56,663 bases of DNA from a virus (taxonomy: Duplodnaviria; Caudoviricetes). The position numbers were made by a program, and so were the translations under genes. Under the pieces are notes generated by a model. It was not told the origin of the DNA, ran no database searches, and saw only the letters and a program-made list of their open reading frames with translations. The stretch spans positions 1 to 56,663 of the IMG/VR virus record IMGVR_UViG_3300008108_000092, one strand, 5' to 3'. Below, one piece after another: positions 9,586 through 19,808 of the stretch; position 1 is the first letter of the stretch; every line of letters starts with the position of its first letter.

Positions 9586-9650
9586 CACATAAATTAATAA
9601 ATCACAGTAAAAAAATAAACACACACTAAGCAATATACTTTAAAAAACGT

Positions 9651-10982
9651 TTATGCTTTATGAACATTTCCATCAAACGTTTGTTTAAAATTTTCATAGT
9701 ATTCGTGTGCGATAATAATATCAGAAATGCCCAAAAAATTAATTAGCTGTCTTATTGCATACGTTTGAGTAGACCATTCATCATTTTCTGTCATTAGAGT
9801 TGAATGTAAATTTCCATCAATAAATGCTTTATGGGTTAAATTTATATTCAATGAAAAATTAATATCATTTGAGTATGTTTTTTCATTGATTAAAAAAATA
9901 GGAAAAAAAACATCAGTATCAAAACGTTGAGGAAGTTGTATTGGCAAAGAATTTGATGCTATCACTAAAATAGGTTGTTTTCCACAAAAGCAGTGTTGTT
10001 GAAGTTTTAATAAAATATTTTGACACTCTATTTGTAGTTCTTTATGTTTTGCTGAAAACATAAAGAAATTTTCGTACTCCAGAACCACGAATTTAAAATT
10101 AACGAATCTGAGAAATAAACAACTCATTATCGTGTTAAATAATCGATTTGAGTTAATGTCTTCTTTGGTATTTTTTATAGAAATTAACAAGTCAATTAAT
10201 AATGAGGCTACTCTAAAACTTTCAATAAATAACAGCGATGAATGTGTCCTGATTGCTGACTTTTCATGTATTGTGTAGTAGTTCAATGCAGTACTTTCAT
10301 ATGCTATTTTGTCGGTCAATATGATATTGATATAAAACCACCAATCTCCAACAAGCTTGAAGTTCTTGTTGATTATATTTTTTAATAAGCACAGCGCTTT
10401 TTGTTTTTTAAATACTGTTGCACTACCATTAGGTATAATATTTAAAATAGCAAAACTTCTCCAAATTTCTTCTATTCCTGGCACGCAATAGTTCGTCAAC
10501 CAAAAAGTAGGACTCACACAATCAGTATCACGTATGAATGGATAGCGTTCCCGTATTTCATTTTTTATTTTAGACGTACTATTAAACTCTCGCAACAAAT
10601 TTCCGCTTTCATCAACAGGTAAAGTTTGGCAATAAGCCAAAGTAACGGCACCATCTTCAAATTTTTTAACCATTGTTTCTAAAAAACGTTTATCTGAAAA
10701 ATCATCAGCTTCCGCAATCCAAATGAGATCGTGGGATGCTAGTTCAATTCCCTTTTGCCACTGTTTGTAACCTGAACCACTATTTGTTGAATTGATAACC
10801 AACTTGTATGGAATTGTCGACGTCTCGCAAAAATTTTGAATAATAGATATACTATTATCTGTAGAGCAATCATCTAATATAATTATTTCTGAAGGGGGGT
10901 AAGTTTGGCTTGCTATAGTTTCAAAGCGTTTTGCTAAAAATTTAGCACAATTATAATTAGGTACAACAACAGAAACTTTCAT
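9651..10982 (-). CDS. Glycosyltransferase family 2
   Basis: KVSVVVPNYN...EIIILDDCSTDNS...IWIAEADDF...GDW. Likely start is MKVSVV at 10982; the ORF extends to 11024. Confidence 0.9.
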   Translation of the reverse strand: MKVSVVVPNYNCAKFLAKRFETIASQTYPPSEIIILDDCSTDNSISIIQNFCETSTIPYKLVINSTNSGSGYKQWQKGIELASHDLIWIAEADDFSDKRFLETMVKKFEDGAVTLAYCQTLPVDESGNLLREFNSTSKIKNEIRERYPFIRDTDCVSPTFWLTNYCVPGIEEIWRSFAILNIIPNGSATVFKKQKALCLLKNIINKNFKLVGDWWFYINIILTDKIAYESTALNYYTIHEKSAIRTHSSLLFIESFRVASLLIDLLISIKNTKEDINSNRLFNTIMSCLFLRFVNFKFVVLEYENFFMFSAKHKELQIECQNILLKLQQHCFCGKQPILVIASNSLPIQLPQRFDTDVFFPIFLINEKTYSNDINFSLNINLTHKAFIDGNLHSTLMTENDEWSTQTYAIRQLINFLGISDIIIAHEYYENFKQTFDGNVHKA

Positions 10983-11100
10983 TTTTTTATAATATAAATT
11001 ATGTAAACAAAAAAAATAATCCATAAAAATTGTAATTTTTAAATTTATTAAACAAATAGTTAAGTTAAATTTTAATGGTTGAACTTGAAATTGAGTTTAT

Positions 11101-11106
11101 TAAATA
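11101..11106 (+). promoter_or_regulatory. Late promoter core TAAATA
   Basis: 6 nt before ATG 11113. The same motif recurs before many structural genes. Confidence 0.65.
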
Positions 11107-11112
11107 AAAATT

Positions 11113-11895
11113 ATGACTAAAGTTACGAATAAAGAATTCCAAAATTTACTTTCCACTCTTGCAAGTGAGCAAACATTTTCTATTGAACTAACTGATAGCA
11201 AACTTTACGAATTTAAACAGCTAAACACAAATCAACTAAAAGAATTAGTTAAAACGGTTGTCGACTCTCCATTAACTCAAACGTTATTTAATAACGCAAT
11301 CTTTACTATTTTAAAAGAATCATGCGTAACTCCTGATGTAAATGTAGAGAATTTAAATGTGGTTGATCGGTTATTGTTTGTACTGCAGACTCGAATTAAT
11401 TCCTTATCAGATACGATTACTATCAATTCAGAAGATACTGCTTACACGATTGATTTAAATGAAATTGTTAAAAACTTGTATAGTTCAATTAAAAACTCTA
11501 CTGACTTGTTTAGTGACGCAACAATAAACGATGGTAAATTAACAGCTGTGTGTCAAATTCCAACACTACAAACCGAAAATCGACTAAATAAGGAGGTTTA
11601 CAAAACAGTAAAAACTGAAGTAGAAAATATCGAAGAATTAAGAACAATTCTTGGAGATGCGTTCATCAACGAAATCACAAAAACCATTAAGAGTGTTTCT
11701 GTAGAAGAACAAGAAATGGATTTAAGTTCTATGGACTTCAAATCTAGAATTGGAATAGTAGAAACTCTTCCAGCTAGCTTAATCAAGCAAATTATCAATT
11801 TTGTTGAGAAATATAAAGCTATTACAGAAAAAACTCTCGAAATAACCGAAAAGCTGTCGCTGCCTGTAGACGGCTCGCTATTTTCGCTTCGTTGA
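11113..11895 (+). CDS. Baseplate hub assembly / tail chaperone protein (T4 gp26-like)
   Basis: LNVVDRLLFVLQTRINSLSDTI resembles the gp26 core. Lies directly before the tape-measure-like gene. Confidence 0.6.
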   Translation: MTKVTNKEFQNLLSTLASEQTFSIELTDSKLYEFKQLNTNQLKELVKTVVDSPLTQTLFNNAIFTILKESCVTPDVNVENLNVVDRLLFVLQTRINSLSDTITINSEDTAYTIDLNEIVKNLYSSIKNSTDLFSDATINDGKLTAVCQIPTLQTENRLNKEVYKTVKTEVENIEELRTILGDAFINEITKTIKSVSVEEQEMDLSSMDFKSRIGIVETLPASLIKQIINFVEKYKAITEKTLEITEKLSLPVDGSLFSLR

Positions 11896-11913
11896 CTTAA
11901 GTAGTTGGCATCA

Positions 11914-14900
11914 ATGGCCAATAACGAAATTACAGATAAATCTCAAGATTTAATTGAAGCAATTTCATCCAAGGTGGTGAAATCGTTAAATCTTGATTCT
12001 GAATCGTTTCCTAAGTATTTTGAGTCCGTTTTTTCAAAAAAAATCGAAAAGGTAGCAGAGCAATTTAGTAAAAAATTTCCGACTCAAAAGAATTTATCTG
12101 ATACGTTGGAGCATGTTTTTGCAAAACATATTGATTTAGCAATTCATGATCATCTTTCGAAAACTGATGCATCAGCAGACAATGCTGGTTTAGAAGGCAC
12201 TTCAGAGCGAGTTCAACAACCACAAGCAACGGGAATTTTAGATATAATTAAAACAGAAGCAAAATCTGCATTCGAATTATTTAAAAGAAATATTCCGTTT
12301 ACTAAAAATAGTAAAGAAACTGTTAATTTAGATGTCAGTAAAACTGAAATTGCTTTCTTTAAAGATGTTTCAACAACACTGAGGAATATTGAACGTGGTA
12401 TTTTTGTATTATCTAAATCTTCTTCTGTTAATTTACAACCTGTTAAAAGTGAACCTATTAAAGCTGTAGAGCTTGTTAAAAGTGAACCTGTTAAAAGTGA
12501 GCCTGTTAAGAGTGAACCCGTTAAGACGGTAGAGCCTGTTAAGAGTGAACCCGTTAAGACGGTAGAGCCTGTTAAGAGTGAACCTGTTAAGACGGTAGAG
12601 CCTATTAAGAGTGAACCCGTTAAAGCTGTAGAGCCTATTAAGAGTGAACCCGTTAAGACGGTAGAGCCTATTAAGAGTGAACCTGTTAAGACGGTAGAGC
12701 CTATTAAGAGTGAACCTGTTAAGACGGTAGAGCCTATTAAGAGTGAACCTGTTAAGACGGTAGAGCCTATTAAGAGTGAACCCGTTAAAGCTGTAGAGCC
12801 TATTAAGAGTGAACCCGTTAAAGCTGTAGAGCCTATTAAGAGTGAACCCGTTAAAGCTGTAGAGCCTATTAAGAGTGAACCTGTTAAGACGGTAGAGCCT
12901 GTTAAGAGTGAACCTGTTAAGACGGTAGAGCCTATTAAGAGTGAACCTGTTAAGACGGTAGAGCCTGTTAAGAGTGAACCTGTTAAAGCTGTAGAGCCTT
13001 CAGAAAATAATAAACAACTATTATCTTCATTAAATGACATACATTCTACATTAAAAAATATTGAACGTGGAATTTTCGTATTTGTAAAATCTACTTCAGA
13101 CACAAAAGGCAACGACTCAAAACCTTCAAATTATAAATCGGTAGTCTCAGCATTCGATTCAGCTTTAGAATCTCTTAAAAAATTCGGAAAAACTTCAAGT
13201 GATAAAATAAAAGATTCTCCTATAAAATTAGAAACGTTATTGTTTCCAATTAAACCTCTATTAAGCTTGTTAATCGAAAACGCAAAACGATCTGTTACTT
13301 CGTCAGCAACCCCTCCAGCAAGTGAAGGAAAAACTAAACCTGAATCTAATTTTGATACAATTACTTCAAAAGTTAAACCTTTAGTAACTAATTTATTTGA
13401 ACAAATAACTAAAACCACAAATAAAGTAATTTCATCTACTGAAGTTAAAAAAGCTATTGAATTAGGTAAAAACACAATTCAAAAAACAGGAACGTTTATA
13501 GGAACAACTAAAGACGATGTAATCGATAAAACAAAACTTATAAAGTCGATTAGTGAAAAGACGATAACACAAGCAAAAGAAATTAGTACCGAGACAGTAA
13601 CTAAATTGAAAAGTTCTACTCAAAACTTTCTTACTTCTATTGCTAAAACTGTTAATAACATAACAGAGTCTTCAGAGGTTAAAAAGGCTCTTGAAAATAG
13701 TAAATTAATAACTAAAAAAGTTACAGAGACAACTGTTACTATTAAAGAGAACATAATAGAGCAAACAAAGAATTTAAAACCAAAACTTGAAGAAGCAGCA
13801 TTAGAGGCTAGAGATTCAGCGGTAAAAACATTTGGAAAATTAAAAGAAAATACTTCCACGTTTTTAGAAACAATAACTAAAACTGTTGGTGAAGTAGCCA
13901 CATCTCCTGAAGTTAAAAAGGCATTAAAAACAAGTAAAACGATTTTAGAAAAAGCTGGAGAAACTTCGAGAGAAATAAAAGAAGGGGTTACTTCTAAAGT
14001 AGAGGCTGCAAAACCCGTTGTAAAAGAAGCGGTTTCTAAAACAAAGGATTATATATCAGAATCAGCAATAAAAGCTAAAGAAACTGCAACTGAATCGTTT
14101 ACAAAATTAAAAAATACAACATATTCGTTTTTCGATGTAATTACAAAACCTTTAAAAACTCTCGCAGAAAATAGTCAGGTTAAAGAAATTAAGAATTTGG
14201 GAGAGAAGGCTTTTAAAAATACTAAAGAGATATTTACTTCTTTAATAAACGAAGAAACCAATACAGCTGTAAAGCAAGCCACTGATAAGAAAAAAAGCAA
14301 AAAAACTGAGACGTTCAATCAACAAACCTCAGAAGACGAAACGGTAGACGAAAATTCCAAAATTATTCTTTCTAAAAAATCAAAAAGAAAAAATAATAAG
14401 AAAAATTTGTCTGAAAATAACGAGCAAGAAGTTGAAAATAACAGAAGAGAAAATCAAGAAGCTAAAAACGAAAGAAAATCTGAAAACTCTGCTGTTATAG
14501 AAGAAATAGCAAAAGTATTGCCTTCACAAACTTCTAAGTCACCTGATATGCAGTCGACTGAAGTAGAATCGACAACACCAAGTGAAACTAATGCAAGCTT
14601 GCTGGAAGCTGAAGAAACAGCTCCTCAAGAAGTTTTGTTTGCAGGATTTACGGATAGAGGTTTACGAAACCTTAAGGATAAGCTTCCTGATATTGTTGCT
14701 ATTGCATATAATAAAATGCTGGAATTGACTTCAGAAGGAGAAAAAGCAAAAACCAACCAACAAGGACAAAAAGACGACAAAGAACCTCCAAGCTTGTTAG
14801 ATATGTTGCCTAAAGGTTTGTTGAGCGGACTTGGTATTATCATTGCTGGTGGAGCTTTAGTTTTAGGAGGACTTGCTGCATTAGTAAAAGGCTTGAATAC

Positions 14901-17900
14901 AGATGGTCCATTTAAAGGTATTTTGAAAATTCTCTCTCAAGGAGGATTGATTGCTGGCATAAAGTTGTTACAAGTAGGAGCAACAAATTTTATGTCTGCT
15001 TTGGGGGCACTTGCTAAATCTCCATCTACTTTATTGAGAATGCTAGGAGGACAAATTAGCAGAATTACTGGAATGTTTACTGCATTTGGTTCGAGATTAA
15101 TGGGAATGTTTTCTAGTGGAATAAGCATGATTACAAGAATGCTTCCTACAACTGGAATATTTGGAGCAATTGGCAGAGTTTTTACTAATTTTTTTGCTAA
15201 ATTTGCTTCAAAAGGATTCAATTTTATTCCTTTTATTGGTCCAATTATTAGTTTAGGCTTTGCGTTTAGTCGCTTAGTTAAAGGGGACGTTGTAGGCGGT
15301 CTGTTAGATGTTGCATCTGCATTGGTTAGTTTTATTCCCGGAATAGGGCCTGTTCTTGGTTTAGGAATAAGTGTATTAAATGCATTTTTAGATTTCAAAG
15401 GTGGTGGCTCAAAACCTGGAGCAACTGAAAAGAAAACAGGAATTTTAACTGGATGGTTGAAGGGATTGGGTAATCTTATTTTAAAGGGAGCGATGCTGCT
15501 TCCAATTATAGGGCCAGGTATTAGAGCTGTCAAAGCAATGATTGCTAATGATTATGGCGAAGGATTAAAACAATTAGCGTATATTATTCCAGGTGTTGAG
15601 CTTATAGGAGCGTTGTTTGGAGACAAAAATGTAAGTGGTGTAACTGCTGGTGCAGCTGGAATTATTAAAGGAACAGCTGGCTTCCTAGGAAGTGCTATTA
15701 AATGGATAGGAAAAATGATTTACGGAGGAATTAAAATGCTTCCGATTATCGGTCCAGCTCTTAAAGCAATTGAATCGTTTGCTACCGGAGATTTCTTAAG
15801 AGGCATTAAACAGATTGCTTATATTGTTCCAGGATTCGAATTAATAGGAGGGTTTTTTGGAGATAAAGATGTTGGAGCTGTAGGGACAATTGGCAGAGCT
15901 GCTGGTGGTTTAACTAAATGGCTTGCTGGGTTTACTGCGTGGCTGTTTAAAAAGATTTATAGTGGTATAAAACATTTACCTGTTGTTGGTCCAGTATTTA
16001 AAGCAATAGAAAATTTTGTGAGTGGAGATTTCCTAAAAGGGTTAAAACAACTAGCCTATATCTTTCCTCCTTTTGAAATGATAGGAGCTTTATTCGGAGA
16101 TCAAGAAACTGGAGGAGTAGCAAGAGTTGCAGCGGTTCCTGTTAAATGGATGGGATCTTTAATAGCATGGGTATCTAAAACGATATTATCCGGTCTTAAA
16201 TTAATTCCTATTATAGGACCAGCCATAAGTGCTATTGGAGAGTTCGTTAGTGGTAATTTCTTAAAAGGCTTAAAACAATTAGCCTATATCTATCCTCCTT
16301 TTGAACTACTTGGAGGCTTGTTAGGAGATAAAGAAGCAGGTTCCGTTGCTGGAAAAGTGGGAGGAGGAATAGGAACTGTAGCTGGATGGATAGGATCTTT
16401 AGCTAAATGGGCACTAAAGAAAATAGTAGCAGGACTCAAAACAATTCCTATTATAGGACCAGCTATAAGTGCCATTGGAGAATTTGTTAGTGGTAATTTC
16501 TTAAAAGGCTTAAAACAATTAGCCTATATCTATCCTCCTTTTGAACTACTTGGAGGCTTGTTAGGAGATAAAGAAGCAGGATCAGCAGTTGGCAAAGTAG
16601 GAAATGTTGTAGGAGATTGGATAAAATCTCTAGGAGAATGGATAAGCGAAAAGATATTAAATTTACCATTAATTGGTCCTCTAATAAAAGGAATTAAGTT
16701 GTTCTTTACGGATCCATTAAAAGCTCTAAAAACGATGGCTTTAGGAATTCCTATTTTAGGAAGCATATTAAGCTTTTTAGGAGTAAAAGAAGAAAGTGAA
16801 GCTGCTCCTGCCGTTCCACCAGCTCCAAAAAGTCCTTTTGCAGCAGTTAAAGACATGATTTTAGAAAAAGCAAGAGCTTGGTGGAAAGGCACGTGGGGTT
16901 GGGTAAGATGGCTAGCTAAAAAAGTCTTACCGGAAAATATTGTCAAAGCTTTAGAAGAAGGTAATTTAGCAGAAGAAGATATTGAAGGAGAAACTTCAAC
17001 TCAACAAGCAAATGTTGATGCTAGCAATGCTTCTCCTCAACCAGCTGAATCAACACCTAAAGAAGCTGAAGTAACAACACAAGAAAAAGAGCAAACTGCT
17101 TCAATTAAAAGTACAGAAACGACTGAAAAACCTGAGAGCTCTACTAAAGAAACTCAACTTACAGCACAAGCTTCAGAGCAACCAAAATCTTTTGTCGAAA
17201 GTAAAATTGATGAGATAAAACAGCAGGTTAGTCAAAACAAAGATTTTAAAGTTAATAGTAAAATAACAGGAGAAGATTACTTAAAAGCGGCAAGTTCATT
17301 CTCAGACAAACAAAAACAAGTTATTGAAAAAATTAACGATTCCATAGGACCTAAAACTGCTCAAAATGCAATGTTAGCTGCAGTAGCTCTTACGTTAAAA
17401 AAACAACCATCCAAAGAGGTAACAGACCAACTAGCTTCAAATAATTCTAAAGTAACGCCAAATTCTTCTTTGGTTCCACAAACTAAACAAGAAACACAAA
17501 CAGATACAGAAAAGACCGCTCCTTCAACATCTCAACAACCTGAACAAAAAACAAAGCCTGCAGTTGTTAGTAAAATAGAAAAGACTCAACAGCCAAAGTC
17601 GTTTATTGAAACAAAAATTGAGGCGATTAAACAACAGTCAAACCAAGATAAAAATTTTAAAGTTAATAATAGAATAGCAGCAGACGATTATATAGTAGCA
17701 GTAAATTCGTTATCGGATAAAAATAAAAAAATTATAGAAAAGATTAATAGCTCAATTGGTCCTAAAGCTGCTGAATTGGCAATGTTAGCAGCTGTAACTT
17801 TACTGTTAAAAACTAAACCCGCAAAAGAATTAGCTGAGCAAAAAAGTATTTTTAATAATTCTAAAGAATCCACAACAGTTCAACAAACTGAAAATAATTT

Positions 17901-18363
17901 CAATACTGAGAATTCAACTCAAACTTCAGAGAATAAAAACGTTGAGAACGTTTCAGCTGTTACTTCTGAGCAGAACAATACTATGTCAGCAACACCTGAA
18001 GGAGTTGTTGAATCAAAAGAAGAGATGCCTTCTGTAACATCCGATTCTTCAATTCATTCACCGATGGTTAATGCTGACGGAAAATCTGATACTTTATTAG
18101 CAAAAATTGCTACAAATTCCGATACAGCAAATCAAAATCTAGCGATGCTTGTACATGGGTTTAATAATCTCGCTAAAGCTTTAGGTCAATTAGGAGTTTC
18201 GATTGCTGAAAATCCAGGTGGAAATACGTTTGTTAATGCAAGAACTGGTACCAGCAGCAATGAAAAAGCTCCAGCAAGAACAACTGAAATGGCAAAAAAC
18301 GGAAATCAAGAAATTGCGAAATTCAGAATGAGTATAGAGCAGATGAGACAGAGACCTGCTTAA
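11914..18363 (+). CDS. Tape-measure-like protein with several repeat blocks
   Basis: About 2150 aa. Gly-rich hydrophobic repeats (PIIGP..GLKQLAYI.P.FEL). Sits between gp26-like and gp48-like genes. ATG 11914 follows TAAGTA at 11898. Confidence 0.75.
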   Translation: MANNEITDKSQDLIEAISSKVVKSLNLDSESFPKYFESVFSKKIEKVAEQFSKKFPTQKNLSDTLEHVFAKHIDLAIHDHLSKTDASADNAGLEGTSERVQQPQATGILDIIKTEAKSAFELFKRNIPFTKNSKETVNLDVSKTEIAFFKDVSTTLRNIERGIFVLSKSSSVNLQPVKSEPIKAVELVKSEPVKSEPVKSEPVKTVEPVKSEPVKTVEPVKSEPVKTVEPIKSEPVKAVEPIKSEPVKTVEPIKSEPVKTVEPIKSEPVKTVEPIKSEPVKTVEPIKSEPVKAVEPIKSEPVKAVEPIKSEPVKAVEPIKSEPVKTVEPVKSEPVKTVEPIKSEPVKTVEPVKSEPVKAVEPSENNKQLLSSLNDIHSTLKNIERGIFVFVKSTSDTKGNDSKPSNYKSVVSAFDSALESLKKFGKTSSDKIKDSPIKLETLLFPIKPLLSLLIENAKRSVTSSATPPASEGKTKPESNFDTITSKVKPLVTNLFEQITKTTNKVISSTEVKKAIELGKNTIQKTGTFIGTTKDDVIDKTKLIKSISEKTITQAKEISTETVTKLKSSTQNFLTSIAKTVNNITESSEVKKALENSKLITKKVTETTVTIKENIIEQTKNLKPKLEEAALEARDSAVKTFGKLKENTSTFLETITKTVGEVATSPEVKKALKTSKTILEKAGETSREIKEGVTSKVEAAKPVVKEAVSKTKDYISESAIKAKETATESFTKLKNTTYSFFDVITKPLKTLAENSQVKEIKNLGEKAFKNTKEIFTSLINEETNTAVKQATDKKKSKKTETFNQQTSEDETVDENSKIILSKKSKRKNNKKNLSENNEQEVENNRRENQEAKNERKSENSAVIEEIAKVLPSQTSKSPDMQSTEVESTTPSETNASLLEAEETAPQEVLFAGFTDRGLRNLKDKLPDIVAIAYNKMLELTSEGEKAKTNQQGQKDDKEPPSLLDMLPKGLLSGLGIIIAGGALVLGGLAALVKGLNTDGPFKGILKILSQGGLIAGIKLLQVGATNFMSALGALAKSPSTLLRMLGGQISRITGMFTAFGSRLMGMFSSGISMITRMLPTTGIFGAIGRVFTNFFAKFASKGFNFIPFIGPIISLGFAFSRLVKGDVVGGLLDVASALVSFIPGIGPVLGLGISVLNAFLDFKGGGSKPGATEKKTGILTGWLKGLGNLILKGAMLLPIIGPGIRAVKAMIANDYGEGLKQLAYIIPGVELIGALFGDKNVSGVTAGAAGIIKGTAGFLGSAIKWIGKMIYGGIKMLPIIGPALKAIESFATGDFLRGIKQIAYIVPGFELIGGFFGDKDVGAVGTIGRAAGGLTKWLAGFTAWLFKKIYSGIKHLPVVGPVFKAIENFVSGDFLKGLKQLAYIFPPFEMIGALFGDQETGGVARVAAVPVKWMGSLIAWVSKTILSGLKLIPIIGPAISAIGEFVSGNFLKGLKQLAYIYPPFELLGGLLGDKEAGSVAGKVGGGIGTVAGWIGSLAKWALKKIVAGLKTIPIIGPAISAIGEFVSGNFLKGLKQLAYIYPPFELLGGLLGDKEAGSAVGKVGNVVGDWIKSLGEWISEKILNLPLIGPLIKGIKLFFTDPLKALKTMALGIPILGSILSFLGVKEESEAAPAVPPAPKSPFAAVKDMILEKARAWWKGTWGWVRWLAKKVLPENIVKALEEGNLAEEDIEGETSTQQANVDASNASPQPAESTPKEAEVTTQEKEQTASIKSTETTEKPESSTKETQLTAQASEQPKSFVESKIDEIKQQVSQNKDFKVNSKITGEDYLKAASSFSDKQKQVIEKINDSIGPKTAQNAMLAAVALTLKKQPSKEVTDQLASNNSKVTPNSSLVPQTKQETQTDTEKTAPSTSQQPEQKTKPAVVSKIEKTQQPKSFIETKIEAIKQQSNQDKNFKVNNRIAADDYIVAVNSLSDKNKKIIEKINSSIGPKAAELAMLAAVTLLLKTKPAKELAEQKSIFNNSKESTTVQQTENNFNTENSTQTSENKNVENVSAVTSEQNNTMSATPEGVVESKEEMPSVTSDSSIHSPMVNADGKSDTLLAKIATNSDTANQNLAMLVHGFNNLAKALGQLGVSIAENPGGNTFVNARTGTSSNEKAPARTTEMAKNGNQEIAKFRMSIEQMRQRPA
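12442..12999 (+). repeat. 33-bp VNTR encoding (V/I)KSEPVK(T/A)VEP, 16 copies plus two extra VKSEP
   Basis: 558 bp of near-identical tandem units. Confidence 0.95.
16204..16580 (+). repeat. Near-exact ~137-bp direct repeat at 240-bp offset
   Basis: 16204-16340 versus 16444-16580, differing at only a few synonymous positions. Confidence 0.9.
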
Positions 18364-18384
18364 ATTTGATCAATAAGTAATACT

Positions 18385-19458
18385 ATGCCAACCGATGATA
18401 GTTCTCAAGTTTTAGATGTGCCTGCTGGAGATCAACAAGGAGCAACTACAACCACCACATCAACAGCTACTCCTCAGCCACGTCCAACAGAATATAATGG
18501 GGAGCAGATGGAACAACCTTTATCGGACAATCAAATGGGCAGTGCTGCAATGACATTTGATCGTAAAAATCAATCATCACAAACAACCGATATCGCACAC
18601 GATTATCCTTGGACCGCATCTAAAACCAAGAGAGAAGACATCCCATATATTATTTTAGCAGAACATAGAAGTACCGAAGCAAGCTTAATGAGACAAATTC
18701 AGTTCTACGGTAAAGGGGCGGTAAATACAGCTGCTGGAGTTGCTGGAGGCTCTCCAAAAGGTATATTGGAAGTATATGATGAAATTTTTCCTGATAATCC
18801 TACAAATAATAAATATATTTTTCCATATTTTAGTAAAAGTTCCTTCGACTTAGGTACAACGAAATGGGAACAAATGGATGAAATCAGTCAATCGATTAAA
18901 AGCATGGGCGAAGGAGCTGCTGAAATGTTAGATCAATACGCAATTACAAAAGGAATGGGAGATATGGTTAGAAAAGGAATGGCATTCGGAGAAGCTGCTG
19001 GAGCTGCTGCAATGACTGCTTTAAAAGGAATGTATCCGGTTGTTGGTATATTTGACCGCCCTAGAGTCTTTTCTGCTCATACTGACAGAGAAATTACAGT
19101 GGAATTTCCTTTGTACAACACACTCAATACATGGGATTGGGTTAAGAATCGAAATTTTATATATAAGTTCATGAGTCAAAATTTATATATAAAAAGAGAC
19201 TTCATTACAGGTGTTCCTCCATGTTTCTATAGAGTTCATGTACCTGGTCAATATTTTTGCTTTGCTTCTTGTGTTACAAACATAAAAGTTGAAAATCTCG
19301 GAAATCAAAGAATGATGCAGGATTCTTTTATAATACCAGATGCTTGGCAAGTATCTATTACGCTTTCGGAAATGGTAATGCCTAGCTTAAATCAATTCCA
19401 AGCTTTAATTACCGGAGATGCAAAAGGAAGAGTTAACGTAACAGCAGGAGGAAGATAA
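18385..19458 (+). CDS. Baseplate/tail-tube initiator (T4 gp48/gp54-like)
   Basis: REITVEFPLYNT...PPCFYRV...CVTNIKVE...VSITLSE tube-fold pattern, plus gene order. Confidence 0.55.
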   Translation: MPTDDSSQVLDVPAGDQQGATTTTTSTATPQPRPTEYNGEQMEQPLSDNQMGSAAMTFDRKNQSSQTTDIAHDYPWTASKTKREDIPYIILAEHRSTEASLMRQIQFYGKGAVNTAAGVAGGSPKGILEVYDEIFPDNPTNNKYIFPYFSKSSFDLGTTKWEQMDEISQSIKSMGEGAAEMLDQYAITKGMGDMVRKGMAFGEAAGAAAMTALKGMYPVVGIFDRPRVFSAHTDREITVEFPLYNTLNTWDWVKNRNFIYKFMSQNLYIKRDFITGVPPCFYRVHVPGQYFCFASCVTNIKVENLGNQRMMQDSFIIPDAWQVSITLSEMVMPSLNQFQALITGDAKGRVNVTAGGR

Positions 19459-19805
19459 TGAAACATAATGATGTAACTATATTACCTCGTTTACACCCAG
19501 AATGTTTAGAGAATTTGTTTAATGTATACAAAGACGACTCTGGAAGCTATTATTATAATTTAATAAAAGCTTTATCTCTTCCCTCAAAACTTCCTAAAAC
19601 TTTATACACTACATATACTATAGCACCAGGAGATACATGGCCAACAATATCATTTAAGCATTATGATACTCCTAATTTATGGTGGCTAATTCTTTATGCA
19701 AATAATATTTTGGATCCCACAAAGAAATTAATTCCAGGAACAACCATCAACGTTTTGATTGAAGATGTTGCTAAAGAAATAATTACGCAAATAAGAAAAG
19801 GGTAA
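19458..19805 (+). CDS. Baseplate wedge protein, gp53-like (LysM-like)
   Basis: YTIAPGDTWPTISFKHYDTPNLWWLILYANNILDP. Confidence 0.8.
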   Translation: MKHNDVTILPRLHPECLENLFNVYKDDSGSYYYNLIKALSLPSKLPKTLYTTYTIAPGDTWPTISFKHYDTPNLWWLILYANNILDPTKKLIPGTTINVLIEDVAKEIITQIRKG

Positions 19806-19808
19806 TAT

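Noticed and set aside
12442-12999. 33-bp repeats as a possible CRISPR array
   Set aside because: Units are contiguous with no unique spacers and are in-frame coding. No cas genes are present.
12213-13112. 299-aa antisense ORF, and similar shadow ORFs at 8809, 14937, 16530, 40390, 42282, 55793 and 56138
   Set aside because: They are stop-free reverse frames of repeats or of real genes, with no independent coding signal.
16204-16580. Near-identical repeat pair as a DGR template/variable region
   Set aside because: Differences are synonymous and not adenine-specific, and there is no reverse transcriptase in the window.
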